Shown: positions 46,838-57,040, counted from the first letter of the stretch. The stretch is DNA of 64,000 nt from Nanobdellota archaeon (GCA_043806015.1 JAZDHH010000004.1:60678-124677), one strand, 5' to 3'. Program-made: numbers and translations. The notes: generated from the letters alone by a model not told the origin.

Positions 46838-49800
46838 TTACTTCTTCTTTTTCCTGGTCACGAACACCATCACGACGACGCCGACAATCGCGATGATGAG
46901 CACGGCCCACCAGACAGACAGCTTGCCCGCCCCCTTGACTTCATCGGTCGGCTCATCGCCACCCGTCTCTGGCTCATCAGCGGGAGGCTCTGCCTCAGGC
47001 TCCTCGGCTGGAGGAGTTGTCGGCGGTGTTGGTGGCTGCACGACAGGCGGCGGAGTAATCGGTGCCGCATTCTGACCGCCGATCGCAAAAAAGGAAAGGC
47101 CTGGCGACTTGGACTGGAACTTCACCAGGTTCTGCGTGCTGCCGGTGATCGTCGTCGGCAACGCCACCCAGGCGTTGTTGACCCAGCGGTAGAGCACGAC
47201 CTCGCCGACGGCGAGGTTGGTGTTCACAAGCCAGGTGCGGTTGACGTCGAAGTCGACGAGGAAGTATTCCGCGTCGCCGGTGTTGGCGCCGATAAGCTCC
47301 AGATATTGATATGCGTTCTGGGCGGCGAGCGTGGTCGCCGGCTTCGCCTTCAGGGCCTTGACCGTGAGTTCCACGTTCTGCATCTTCTTCTTAGCCTTGA
47401 AGGTGATCTTCTTGATGGGGATGCCGTTGGCATCGACGAGCATGGCGGCTTCCCTGCCGGACATGATCTCGCCCCAGCTCAGCTTCTGCTTCGGCGTGTC
47501 GTCCTGGACAGAGCTGCTGCCGCCGCTGCCACTGCTTGAGCTGCTGCTTGACTCTTCCTCCGCGGTTGGCGTATAGGCTGCGAAAGTCGTCAGGTGATAG
47601 GTCCAGATGACGAGGTCGCTTCCAGAGTCAGTGCTGCATTCGCGCACGTTCGTGAAATCGATGTTGCTGTGTGTCCCATCGCACAGGGCGCTGATAGCAA
47701 TCAGCGTCGTGCTTCCCCGCTCGGAATAGGCAGCGCTCTTCCCTGCCATCCCTCCGAGGACAACCTTCATGGGCTGCGTCGCGTTGATGGTCTGGTTCCA
47801 GCCGACGACCAGGATCTGATCGACTGTGCCATCAGCCGGAGGCGAATAACCTGCGACACTTATCGTGATCGGCAGCTCAAGGCGGCCGGTCCAAGCACTG
47901 GTGCTTTGGAGGATCGTGCCATTCTCGATGAAGAGCACGGAATCGACAGGGCCGTCCCTCGTCGCAGTCAAATTAACGGAGGGTGTGGTCACGTTTCCTG
48001 ATGAAACCATAAACCCAAGGTCAAGGACAACAGGGGTGGTTGCGGGTACTTCTGTCGGGATGGTAATGGTCGCAACGTTCTGCCCTGGAGGGATGGAAAT
48101 CGTCGTGCTATTCTCATTCACCACCACTGTTGTGTTGGTATTGTTCAAGACCTGTACCCACCAGCTTTCTGAATCTTCTGTAAGATTAACTGTACCTCTG
48201 AAAATGGCGGAGATATTGAAGATTCCTAACTGGTAAAAGTAGGTGATGTTGCTAGTCTTGTTTGTGGCGTTGCTAAGCTGACCCGTAGAGTTCCAGAGCT
48301 CGATGTTCCCTTGCCCGACCAGCATGCTGGCGTTCATGGTGACATTGCTCCCATTGAAGATGACGATCGACCCGCGATAGCCGTTCAGGAGCAGCTTGAC
48401 AGAGCCTGCGCCTTGGCTGACTACAGCGAGCTCACTCGTCGAGGCGCTGGTGTAGTTCGCTGTTGAATTCACATAAACTGTATATAGGTAGTCCGCAGCG
48501 CCCAAATCAACCGCTGTATTGTTCTCCGACGAAACGTTCGTGCCGTTCCGATACAGGCGCACGGTGCCGCCGCCTGGCGCAAGCCCGGTGCATGTTCCGA
48601 AAACAGTCAGGTCGGCCGGATAGGTGACGTTCGTGTATGTCAGGGCGCAGACAGGAGCTCCGACCGAGATGGTCGCGACTTGAGAGGTGTTGTAGGGGGA
48701 ATAGTTGCCAGACGCGTTCAGGAAGATCTGGAAGAGGTAGTCTCCTGCCCCGAGATCGACCGCGGTCCCGTTCAAGGCCGTCACGTCCGTGCCATTCCTA
48801 AATAAGGTTATAGTGCCTCCGGTGGCGCCGCAGGTGCCGTTCACCGTCAAGTCCGTCGGCCAGGTCACGTTCACAGAGCTCAGCGAGCAGGTCGCCGAAA
48901 CCCCGGTCACGACGACGAGCTGCGAGTCGCTGCCGACCGAGTAGTTCGCCGTTGCAGTCGAATTGACCACATAAGCGTAGGTTCCCGCGGCTAAGGTGAT
49001 GTTCGTTGCGTTCTCCGTCGTCGTCACGTTCACGCCATCACGATAGAGTTTCACGATGCCCGTGGTGCTGCCGCAGGTCCCATTCACGGTGACCTGCGCT
49101 GGATAGGTCACATTCGAATAGGTCAAGGCACATGTAGGCGTGTTCTTCGAGACGACAGCCGTTTGACTACTTGAAGCGGCAGTGTAGTTCACCGTCGAAT
49201 TCAGATAGACGGAGTACCCGTAATCGGCAGCCCCGAGGTCCACCGCAGTCGCGTTCTCCGAAGAGACGTTCGTCTCGTTCCTGTACAGGCGGACAGTCCC
49301 GCCAGCAGGGCCAATGCCCGTGCACGTGCCCGCCATAGTCAAGTCCGTCGGCCAGGTCACGTTCGTGTAGGTCAGAGCGCACACGGGCGTGCCGAGGGTA
49401 ACGGTCGCCGTCTGGCTGTCAGAGGCGGACGTGTAATTCACCGTCGAATTCAGATAAACAGTGTAGCCAAAATCAGCGACACCCAAATCAACCGCCGTCG
49501 CGTTCTCCGTCGTCACGTTCGTACTATTGCGGAAAAGCCTGATGATCCCGCCAGTCGCCGTGCAGGTGCCGTTCACCATCAAATCATTCGGCCAGGTCAC
49601 GTTCACGTAGGATAAGGCGCAAGTCGGCGAGCCGATGCCCACCACTGCGGTCTGACTGCTCGAAGCCGAGGTGTAATTCACCGTCGAATTCAAGTAGACC
49701 GTGTAGCCGTAATCCGCGACACCCAAATCAACGGCCGTCGCATTCTCTGAGGAGACGTTCGTCTCGTTTCTGAACAAACGGACTGTGCCTCCGCCAGGCC

Positions 49801-50977
49801 CGAGGCCTGTGCAGGTGCCGTTCACCCTGAGGTCAGCGGGATAGGTCACATTCGTGTAGTTGAGCCAGCATGTCGTTGCCGAGCTGATGCTCACCACCGC
49901 AGTCGAACTATTAGACACGGCGGTATGATTCACCGTCGAATTCAAGTAGACCAAATAGGCATAATCAGCAACACCGAGATCGACCGCGATCCCGTTCTCC
50001 GATGTGACGTTCGTTTCATTACGATACAAGCGAACAGTCCCGCTTGAGTTAATGCAGCTGCCGGTTACCGTCAAATCCGTCGGCCAGGTCACGTTGGTAT
50101 ACGTCAAGGTGCACGAAGCGGAACCAATACTTACGGAAGCTGTCTGACTGCTCGAAGCGGCTGTGTAATTCACCGTCGAATTCAGATAAACAGTGTAGCC
50201 AAAATCAGCAACACCAAGGTCAACAGCAGTCGCGTTCTCCGAAGAGACGTTCGTGCCGTTGCGGTACAATCGGATAACACCACCAAGACCGAGGCCTGTG
50301 CACGTTCCATTGACGGTCAGATCGGTCGGCCAAGTCACGTTCACATAGGACAAGGCGCAAGTCGGCGAGCCGATGCTCACTGTTGCAGTCTGGCTGTCCG
50401 AAGCCGAGGTGTAATTCGTGGTCGAATTGAGGTAGACTACGTAACCATAATCAGCGACGCCGAGATCAACGGCCGTCGCATTCTCCGTCGTCACGTTCGT
50501 ACCATTGCGGAAAAGCCTGATGATCCCGCCGGTCGCCGTGCACGAACCGTTCACCATCAAATCTGCAGGGTAGGTCACGTTCACATAGGCGAGGGCGCAA
50601 GTCGCGGAAGCGGGATTTATCCCGTAATCGAGGTTGCCTGTCCAATTGCTGTCCCCGGCAACATCCCTGGCCCAGACATAATAGGTGTGCGTCCCGCCTG
50701 CTTGGGGAGGAAGGGTGTAGTTCCACGAGGAGTTCCCGGTCGTGGCGTTGGACATCGAGTAGTTCGTCCCGTCGAAATTGAGGACGACCGAAACGATGGA
50801 ATTATAAGCCGTGTCCTCGTCCGTCCAGTTCACCCTGAACTCATAATTCTGCGAAGAGCTGTACGTCGAGAGATTCACCGGCGAGATGTTGACTGTCCAG
50901 TATTGCGGGGCCGCGGCATACGCCATAGACGTCATTGCTAGCGCCAAGACAAAAACAAGGATTGCCTTCATGTTCAT
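46838..50977 (-). CDS. Surface glycoprotein with nine Ig-like repeats, GPS-like motif, PGF-pre-PGF domain and C-terminal TM anchor
   Basis: Signal peptide MNMKAILVFVLALAMTSMAYA (GAGGTG SD); 9 x ~80-83 aa repeats; WTYHLTTFAAY; SPGLSFFAI; TM + RKKKK. Confidence 0.85.
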   Translation of the reverse strand: MNMKAILVFVLALAMTSMAYAAAPQYWTVNISPVNLSTYSSSQNYEFRVNWTDEDTAYNSIVSVVLNFDGTNYSMSNATTGNSSWNYTLPPQAGGTHTYYVWARDVAGDSNWTGNLDYGINPASATCALAYVNVTYPADLMVNGSCTATGGIIRLFRNGTNVTTENATAVDLGVADYGYVVYLNSTTNYTSASDSQTATVSIGSPTCALSYVNVTWPTDLTVNGTCTGLGLGGVIRLYRNGTNVSSENATAVDLGVADFGYTVYLNSTVNYTAASSSQTASVSIGSASCTLTYTNVTWPTDLTVTGSCINSSGTVRLYRNETNVTSENGIAVDLGVADYAYLVYLNSTVNHTAVSNSSTAVVSISSATTCWLNYTNVTYPADLRVNGTCTGLGPGGGTVRLFRNETNVSSENATAVDLGVADYGYTVYLNSTVNYTSASSSQTAVVGIGSPTCALSYVNVTWPNDLMVNGTCTATGGIIRLFRNSTNVTTENATAVDLGVADFGYTVYLNSTVNYTSASDSQTATVTLGTPVCALTYTNVTWPTDLTMAGTCTGIGPAGGTVRLYRNETNVSSENATAVDLGAADYGYSVYLNSTVNYTAASSSQTAVVSKNTPTCALTYSNVTYPAQVTVNGTCGSTTGIVKLYRDGVNVTTTENATNITLAAGTYAYVVNSTATANYSVGSDSQLVVVTGVSATCSLSSVNVTWPTDLTVNGTCGATGGTITLFRNGTDVTALNGTAVDLGAGDYLFQIFLNASGNYSPYNTSQVATISVGAPVCALTYTNVTYPADLTVFGTCTGLAPGGGTVRLYRNGTNVSSENNTAVDLGAADYLYTVYVNSTANYTSASTSELAVVSQGAGSVKLLLNGYRGSIVIFNGSNVTMNASMLVGQGNIELWNSTGQLSNATNKTSNITYFYQLGIFNISAIFRGTVNLTEDSESWWVQVLNNTNTTVVVNENSTTISIPPGQNVATITIPTEVPATTPVVLDLGFMVSSGNVTTPSVNLTATRDGPVDSVLFIENGTILQSTSAWTGRLELPITISVAGYSPPADGTVDQILVVGWNQTINATQPMKVVLGGMAGKSAAYSERGSTTLIAISALCDGTHSNIDFTNVRECSTDSGSDLVIWTYHLTTFAAYTPTAEEESSSSSSSGSGGSSSVQDDTPKQKLSWGEIMSGREAAMLVDANGIPIKKITFKAKKKMQNVELTVKALKAKPATTLAAQNAYQYLELIGANTGDAEYFLVDFDVNRTWLVNTNLAVGEVVLYRWVNNAWVALPTTITGSTQNLVKFQSKSPGLSFFAIGGQNAAPITPPPVVQPPTPPTTPPAEEPEAEPPADEPETGGDEPTDEVKGAGKLSVWWAVLIIAIVGVVVMVFVTRKKKK
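48410..50606 (-). repeat. Nine tandem ~240-250 bp coding repeats
   Basis: Repeat consensus C.L.Y.NVT(Y/W)P.DL.V.G.C....G..RL.RN.TNV..EN.TAVDLG.ADY.Y.VYLNST.NYT; near-identical DNA blocks recur. Confidence 0.9.
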
Positions 50978-51127
50978 AGTTGCACCTCTAGAAAGCTGTT
51001 GAGCAGCATTTATACAGTACATACCCCTCTTTTTCATCCATTCACCATTGGGTTAGGGAGTTTTCACCACCGCTCATTTATAAATCTTTCTTAAAAAAAC
51101 CAAAAATCATTTTTTACTAAAAAGGAG

Positions 51128-51144
51128 AAAAAAGAAAAGAAAGG
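51128..51144 (-). terminator. Oligo-T terminator (CCTTTCTTTTCTTTTTT)
   Basis: 3 nt after the stop at 51148; identical to the two other copies. Confidence 0.65.
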
Positions 51145-51147
51145 CGC

Positions 51148-54100
51148 CTATTGCGCCTTGTTTTGCGCTTTCTTCTTCGCCCGCCGGGTCATGAAATAAG
51201 ACAATCCGCCGGCGACAAGCAGCACAATCGCCAGCACCATGATCCACGTGGATTTCCTTGCCGGCCCAGGCTGGCCGAAGAGATCGCCCTCACCGATCTC
51301 TGTCTCTGGCTCGAGATCCTGTTCCAGCGTTTCGTCCAAAGGAAGCTCAGGTGAAGGCTCCCCGCCAGGCGCGGTAGCCGGTCCTTCGGGCACAGGCTTG
51401 ACGAAGCCGATGGCGAAGTACGAGAATCCCGGCAACGTCGCGACGAAGCGATAGCCCTCAGACAGCACACCGACCATGCTCGCCCGCGCGGTCTGCCAGC
51501 CGCCGCTCCCGAGACGGAACAAGACGACGTCCTCCACGTTGACATCATGGGCGCGCATCCAGGAGCCGTTGACCTCGAACTCCATGCTGATGCCCGAGAT
51601 GTCTGTCTCGTTGATGTTGCCGCGCACGACCTCGATCCATTGATAGGCCGCCGAAGGGGCATCGGCCGTGTTGTTGGGCTTTGCCGCCAGGGCTTTCACG
51701 GTGAGCGAGGGGTTGGTCAGCTTCTTGGTCGCGGTGAAGGTCACCTTCTTCACCGGCAGCGCGCTCATGTTGATAGGCATCGAGACAGTCCTTCCTTCAG
51801 CGATCTCCTCCCAGAGCAGCTTCTTCTGCGGGCCGCTTTCCGAGACAAGGCCTCCGCCGCCACCGCCTCCTCCGCCACCGCCATTGTTGCCGTCGTCGCC
51901 ATCGTCGGGGGTCCCCGGTTGGCCGGTCGCCCAGACCGAGAACTCGCAGTAAGGGACCTGCCAGATGCATTCCGAGTCGTTGATGAGCTCGGCCTCCTCG
52001 GTCATGTCCTCGCAGGTGCCGAGGTCATCCTCACAGTGCCAGAGGTGCGTGCAATCGACGTCTTCAGGGAGCTTCACGTAGCAGACCTCAGGATGGAGGT
52101 TGTTGACGATCTTGTCCCTTGTCGCTGAGATCATTCCCGTATAGGCGATGGCATTGCCGGCGGCGTCCGTCGTTGTACCCTCGACGAAATCGCCTGCGCC
52201 GTCCACCGATCGCACTTTGTCGTTCAGCGCCGTCTTTGAGGTGCTGGCATTGATGAACTCAAGGTAGGTGGTGTTGTCGCTCTTGGTGAGCTTGAGGTCT
52301 ATCCTCCTTCCCTGGCTGCTGTTAGCCTTCATGCCTGCCTGCTGGCCGCACACCTGGCCTTGCACATGGTCAGGGGTGCCATCATAATCGAGGTCGTAGG
52401 AGACGACCCAGTCGTCCGGCGTCTTGATGCGCACGACATAGTTGCAGAAACCGCAGTTGTCAGCGTTCGGCGTCGTGAATGAAGTGCACTTCGAGAGGGC
52501 GCACTTGCCGCCGTAGTCGCAGACCTTCAGCTTGTAATAATAGCTAGTGCTCGGCTGCAGGTCATAGGTGAGCGAACGCACGCCGTTGTCGTTGAAGATG
52601 TTCGCCGTGTGCCAGACCTTCCAGTTCCGCACCGACTCGCTCAGGATGCCGATGTCGTAGATCGTATCGTTGAGGGTTGAGCACGAGGAGTCGTTGTGAT
52701 AGAACTCCAGGGTGCCGTTCGTCGGCTTGTTTGAGTCGTACATGACCAGCGCCGAGTCAGAATACTCCTCGACCTTAAGGCCGGTGATGGTCGGTGAACT
52801 GGTGTCTTCGAAGCCGGGGAGGTTGACGCCGATGCCCTCGCAGCGCGAGGCGAACTGGCAGTCGTAGTCATCGCAGTCCACAAGGCCGTCATCATCATCG
52901 TCATCGCCGTTGAGGCAGTCCTCATACTGTGTATAGCCGCGCTGGAGGATGTCCTCGTAAGCAGCGTTGCCGCCTCCCATGGCGAACATGTTCTGCAGCT
53001 CGAAGTCCACGGAGCCTGGCGTTGTCCAGCCAGGGCCCGCAACGTCCGAGGGCTCGCTGGCGTTCAGTGACCCGTTCGCCGTCGCCACAAAGACGCGCAT
53101 GTCGGCGGTTGGATCATAGAGCTCAGGGAACCGGCCAAGGTCAGACTTCTTTATGGCGACCATGCCGCCGCCGATGTCCTCGCACATGGCCTTCTTCCAG
53201 GTGCTCAGCATGATGTCCGCCGGACCCCACTCCCCATTGACACACTTATAGGAGTTATAGGTCTCTGTGAGCGAACCTCCGCTCCATTCACCGGCATACC
53301 TGAAATAGTATTCATAACCGTCAGCCTCGGCATCGTGCTTCAGGGAGCAGTCGCCGGTATCCTCACCGTTCGTGTCAAGATACCAATAGAATTTGGCGGT
53401 ATTCGTCCCTTGGCCGGTCTGACCGTTCTGCAGTCGCTGGCCGTTGCAGATGGCTGCATCGGTAAATGATGACACAGGCGTACCGAAGCCATAGGCATCG
53501 CCCATGTCCTTCATGCCGAATCCTACGATGTCCACATACGACTGGTCTGCGTCTCCAGGCATGTCACCGCCGAGCGGCAGAGGAGCGCCGCCTTCCATCC
53601 CTTGGAACATCTCGGTCTGGCCTTCAGGGTTGCACCAGCCGTCCATCCATGCGCAGAAATTGTTCCCATTGACATTCACCGTCGGGCAGGTCTCGGCTGT
53701 ATAATCGCCGTTTGCGCACTCAGGCTCGCACATCTCCAGGTCAATCGCGTACATGCAAAAGGGATTCGCGTTGCATTTATCCTGATCCATCTGCAGGGTC
53801 TGGTTCCACATGCACTCCATCGCCCGGAAATCGCAGAAGCCCGGGCCCATGTCGGCCCGCCACATGCAAAGGGGGTTTGCTGTGCAGTTCCCTTGGCTAT
53901 ATGAAAGGTCCTGGCAGTTGGCTGCCATGGAAACGCTGCAGAAGGGCACGCCATTCGACTGGTAGCTGCAGCCGGTCTGGTTCTCGCAGAGCGTCTGGTT
54001 GCCGTTGTATTGGAAGCAGTTCATGCCGCCACCGCCACCGCCGCCCTCGCCGCCGAATCCATCGGGGTCGCAGAACCCAGAGACCCAGACACAGCTGTTC

Positions 54101-56934
54101 TCTGCGCACTCTTCGCTGCTTTGGTAGGTGGGACAGGCAGAGTTCGGCGAGCACCAGCCGCCGCCAGGAGCGTATGGATCGGGAAACCACACGCAATTGA
54201 CCGGGTCTGTGCCGCATTCCTCGGAAGTGGGGTATTGCCAGCAGGTGAACGGGCCATAGTCGCAGAAGCCGCCGCCTTCCGCGCACCAGGGGTCAGGCTC
54301 CCAGGTGCATGGACTGCTGCAACCCGCTTGGCTCATGCCATAGCATTGCTCGCCGCCCGTGCACCATCCGCCGACCTCCACGCACCAGGGATCGGTCATC
54401 CAGAGGCAGTCCGCGGTCTCGTTGCAGGCGGTTACATTCGGCTGCATCCAGCAGGCCTGGCCCTGGCTTTCGTTGATCTCGCAGAAGCCGCCGAAGCCGG
54501 AATGCCAGTCGCAGTACTGGTCGTTCTCTAGGCATCCATCCTCGTTTCCGTCAAAGCTCCAGCAACGTGCCGAAGGATGGTCGCACCAGGAGCCCCAGGT
54601 CTCGTTGACCCAAGAGCAGTTGCTGGCGTTGCAGGTCGCTAGGTCGTTGTAGCCTGCGCAGAGCATGTATTCATTCGATGAACCGCCGCCGCAGTAGGTG
54701 TCTGAGAAGCATTTGGAATCAGAGCAGTCGGTATTGCCGTTGTCATCGTTATCAACCCCATCCCAGCAGGTCTCCATCCCTGTCGACGAGGTCGGCTTGC
54801 AGATGAGCATGGACGCATCCCAGGTACAGGCGCCATTCCCTCCCTGGCCGGCCTGGCTGCAGGCCTGGTCGTCATAGCACTTGTCGCACCGGTCGGTGCA
54901 GGTCTTCTCGTTGATGTCCCCGCAGTGGCCGATGCTCTCATCGGTCGGGTTCACGGGGTCCGGGATCCATTGGCAGTTGACCGGGCTGTTCTGGCAATAG
55001 CAGGAAGGCGCAAGGCACGTGGTGTACATCGCCTGGGAGCCGGAATACTTCTGGGACGATTCAGGATCGCCCATGAAAGAGCAGGCGCCGCAGTCGGTCT
55101 TGCAGTCCTTGGCCACGCCTGTGCGGTGCTCCTCCTTCGGCTTGCAGAAGCCGAACCCGTTCCTGGAGTTCGTGCTTGCCTCGAAATCGCAGTAGCCGAG
55201 CCGGGAACCACGGCAGGCGTCATCTGCCTCTGTCGCACTTGTCCATTCGGACCCGTCGTTCTGGTACTCGCAGGCGAAGCAGGCCTTGTCGCAGTTGCGC
55301 TCGTCCTCGAACTTGAACTCGCATCGGCCGGCAGGCACTGACACATAATTTTCGCCCTGCAGCTCGCAGTAGGTGTCGATGAGCCATTGGCCACCAGCGA
55401 ACTCGCAGTTCTGGGGATTGTCGATCATCATGATGTTCCCTTCCCCGGAACCGAAGACATTGGTCATCTGGAATTGGCAATGATCGGCATCATCGTTCCA
55501 TTCGCAGGGCATGAACCAGGGGGATCCTGCGATCTGCTCGCAGAGGGTCTGCGAGGTGTAGGCGTTGAAGTCCTCGCAGAAGTTCGCTCCTTGGGGAGGA
55601 GCCTCCATGTTCGCGTGGCATGCATCGCCGCCGAAGCGGTTCTCCTCGCACGTGCCGCCCTGCCAGATGCAGCAGGTCGAAAGGGCGGGGATGCTGTTGC
55701 ACAAGGTCGTTTCATTGATGACCGAGCAGTTGATGCCGTCCTCGCTCACGCCCTCGCCGTTGCAGTTGGTGCCGTCGTGGCTGCAGACCGTGATGTTGTT
55801 GCAGGCGCCTGGCGCGCTGTCGAAGATGTAGCATCCGGGATTCCATTCCTGGAAGAAGCCTCCACCGCCTTGAGGCTCGTTGCATTCGCCTCCTTGGCTC
55901 GGGTCTTGGGGATCGGTATACATCCACCAGCAATAATAGGTGTCCATGCATGAGCGCTCGGTGATCTGGCTGCTGCAGTTCACGCCGGTGACGTCCATGT
56001 AGCACCAGCCGCTGTCGCCGCCGTCGCTCGCCCAGACGCAGTCGAGGCCGTACGCGTTCTCTTCGCATGCTGTTTGGTTGCCGCCGTTGATGCCGTCCCA
56101 GGACCAGCATTGCACCTCGTTGCACCAGCCCTGCTGCTGGCTTATCTTCCAGGTGCAGCCCTGCGCCGAGCATGCCTCCTGCGTGTTGAAGTTCCAGCAG
56201 CCGTTGTCGTTGCACCAGGGCGCGCTCCAGGCACAGGTAAGGTTGTAGGTGTTGTTGACGCAGGCCGAATCGTTGACGAAAGAGAAGTCCGAGCAGAAAT
56301 ATTCTGAGCAATAGTTGTTCTGCCATTTGCAGCTCGCCGCGAGGCAATCTTCACTCGTCGAGTAGCCTGAGCATCCGGTCTCATAGCAGTAGTTGTACTG
56401 GAGGTTCCAGGCGCAGGCGTTGCCCTGCTCGCCGACCTGTCCCTCACACGTCCCTTCGGTCGTGTAAGCCCAGCAACCTTGTGATTGGCAATTTCCCCAG
56501 AGACAGCCAGTGGTATTATAGCAGGCGCTGGCGTTCTGGATCTGCCAGCATTGCTCAGGACCGCTGCATTGGTCGAACCAGGTGCAGGTGAGGCCAGCCT
56601 CATTTTCCTCGCAATTGGATTCGTTTGTCCCTGAATACGACCAGCAACTGCTCATCTCGCACCAGCCGGATTCCTGGGCGCTCGTCTGCCAGGCGCAGTG
56701 CTTGTCGGTCCCCGAGAGGTCTGCGGGGCAGGTGTCTGGATTCTGGTAGTTCCAGCACCCCTTGGTCTCGCAGAAGGAGCCCCATTGGTCCTCGCGCCAA
56801 TTGCAGGGCGGTTCGTTGACTTCCGCTGTGCAAGTTGCCTCTTCAGTGAACGTCCAGCATTCAACTGAATACGCAGGCACTGCTATTGCGAACAAGACTA
56901 TTACTACTAGAAGAGCTCTTCCCAAGAAGTTCAT
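51148..56934 (-). CDS. Cys-rich repeat surface protein with Fn3-like and PGF-pre-PGF domains, C-terminal TM anchor
   Basis: Signal peptide; many CW......C......C.W repeats; C.DG.DND.NG..DC.D..C acidic motifs; LPGFSYFAI; TM + basic tail. Confidence 0.85.
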   Translation of the reverse strand: MNFLGRALLVVIVLFAIAVPAYSVECWTFTEEATCTAEVNEPPCNWREDQWGSFCETKGCWNYQNPDTCPADLSGTDKHCAWQTSAQESGWCEMSSCWSYSGTNESNCEENEAGLTCTWFDQCSGPEQCWQIQNASACYNTTGCLWGNCQSQGCWAYTTEGTCEGQVGEQGNACAWNLQYNYCYETGCSGYSTSEDCLAASCKWQNNYCSEYFCSDFSFVNDSACVNNTYNLTCAWSAPWCNDNGCWNFNTQEACSAQGCTWKISQQQGWCNEVQCWSWDGINGGNQTACEENAYGLDCVWASDGGDSGWCYMDVTGVNCSSQITERSCMDTYYCWWMYTDPQDPSQGGECNEPQGGGGFFQEWNPGCYIFDSAPGACNNITVCSHDGTNCNGEGVSEDGINCSVINETTLCNSIPALSTCCIWQGGTCEENRFGGDACHANMEAPPQGANFCEDFNAYTSQTLCEQIAGSPWFMPCEWNDDADHCQFQMTNVFGSGEGNIMMIDNPQNCEFAGGQWLIDTYCELQGENYVSVPAGRCEFKFEDERNCDKACFACEYQNDGSEWTSATEADDACRGSRLGYCDFEASTNSRNGFGFCKPKEEHRTGVAKDCKTDCGACSFMGDPESSQKYSGSQAMYTTCLAPSCYCQNSPVNCQWIPDPVNPTDESIGHCGDINEKTCTDRCDKCYDDQACSQAGQGGNGACTWDASMLICKPTSSTGMETCWDGVDNDDNGNTDCSDSKCFSDTYCGGGSSNEYMLCAGYNDLATCNASNCSWVNETWGSWCDHPSARCWSFDGNEDGCLENDQYCDWHSGFGGFCEINESQGQACWMQPNVTACNETADCLWMTDPWCVEVGGWCTGGEQCYGMSQAGCSSPCTWEPDPWCAEGGGFCDYGPFTCWQYPTSEECGTDPVNCVWFPDPYAPGGGWCSPNSACPTYQSSEECAENSCVWVSGFCDPDGFGGEGGGGGGGMNCFQYNGNQTLCENQTGCSYQSNGVPFCSVSMAANCQDLSYSQGNCTANPLCMWRADMGPGFCDFRAMECMWNQTLQMDQDKCNANPFCMYAIDLEMCEPECANGDYTAETCPTVNVNGNNFCAWMDGWCNPEGQTEMFQGMEGGAPLPLGGDMPGDADQSYVDIVGFGMKDMGDAYGFGTPVSSFTDAAICNGQRLQNGQTGQGTNTAKFYWYLDTNGEDTGDCSLKHDAEADGYEYYFRYAGEWSGGSLTETYNSYKCVNGEWGPADIMLSTWKKAMCEDIGGGMVAIKKSDLGRFPELYDPTADMRVFVATANGSLNASEPSDVAGPGWTTPGSVDFELQNMFAMGGGNAAYEDILQRGYTQYEDCLNGDDDDDDGLVDCDDYDCQFASRCEGIGVNLPGFEDTSSPTITGLKVEEYSDSALVMYDSNKPTNGTLEFYHNDSSCSTLNDTIYDIGILSESVRNWKVWHTANIFNDNGVRSLTYDLQPSTSYYYKLKVCDYGGKCALSKCTSFTTPNADNCGFCNYVVRIKTPDDWVVSYDLDYDGTPDHVQGQVCGQQAGMKANSSQGRRIDLKLTKSDNTTYLEFINASTSKTALNDKVRSVDGAGDFVEGTTTDAAGNAIAYTGMISATRDKIVNNLHPEVCYVKLPEDVDCTHLWHCEDDLGTCEDMTEEAELINDSECIWQVPYCEFSVWATGQPGTPDDGDDGNNGGGGGGGGGGGLVSESGPQKKLLWEEIAEGRTVSMPINMSALPVKKVTFTATKKLTNPSLTVKALAAKPNNTADAPSAAYQWIEVVRGNINETDISGISMEFEVNGSWMRAHDVNVEDVVLFRLGSGGWQTARASMVGVLSEGYRFVATLPGFSYFAIGFVKPVPEGPATAPGGEPSPELPLDETLEQDLEPETEIGEGDLFGQPGPARKSTWIMVLAIVLLVAGGLSYFMTRRAKKKAQNKAQ

Positions 56935-57040
56935 GTTTCCGCCTCTTTTCTGCTTCTCATTTTGTGAGCAGTAATTAATGCAATATAAATGTATACCAAT
57001 CTATTTTATACTGAACTCATATATAAAGTTTATCCTTTTT

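Noticed and set aside
48410-50606. Repeat array as CRISPR or DGR template/variable repeats
   Set aside because: Period is ~245 bp, fully coding and in frame, with no unique spacers; differences are not adenine-specific; no cas or reverse transcriptase gene in the window
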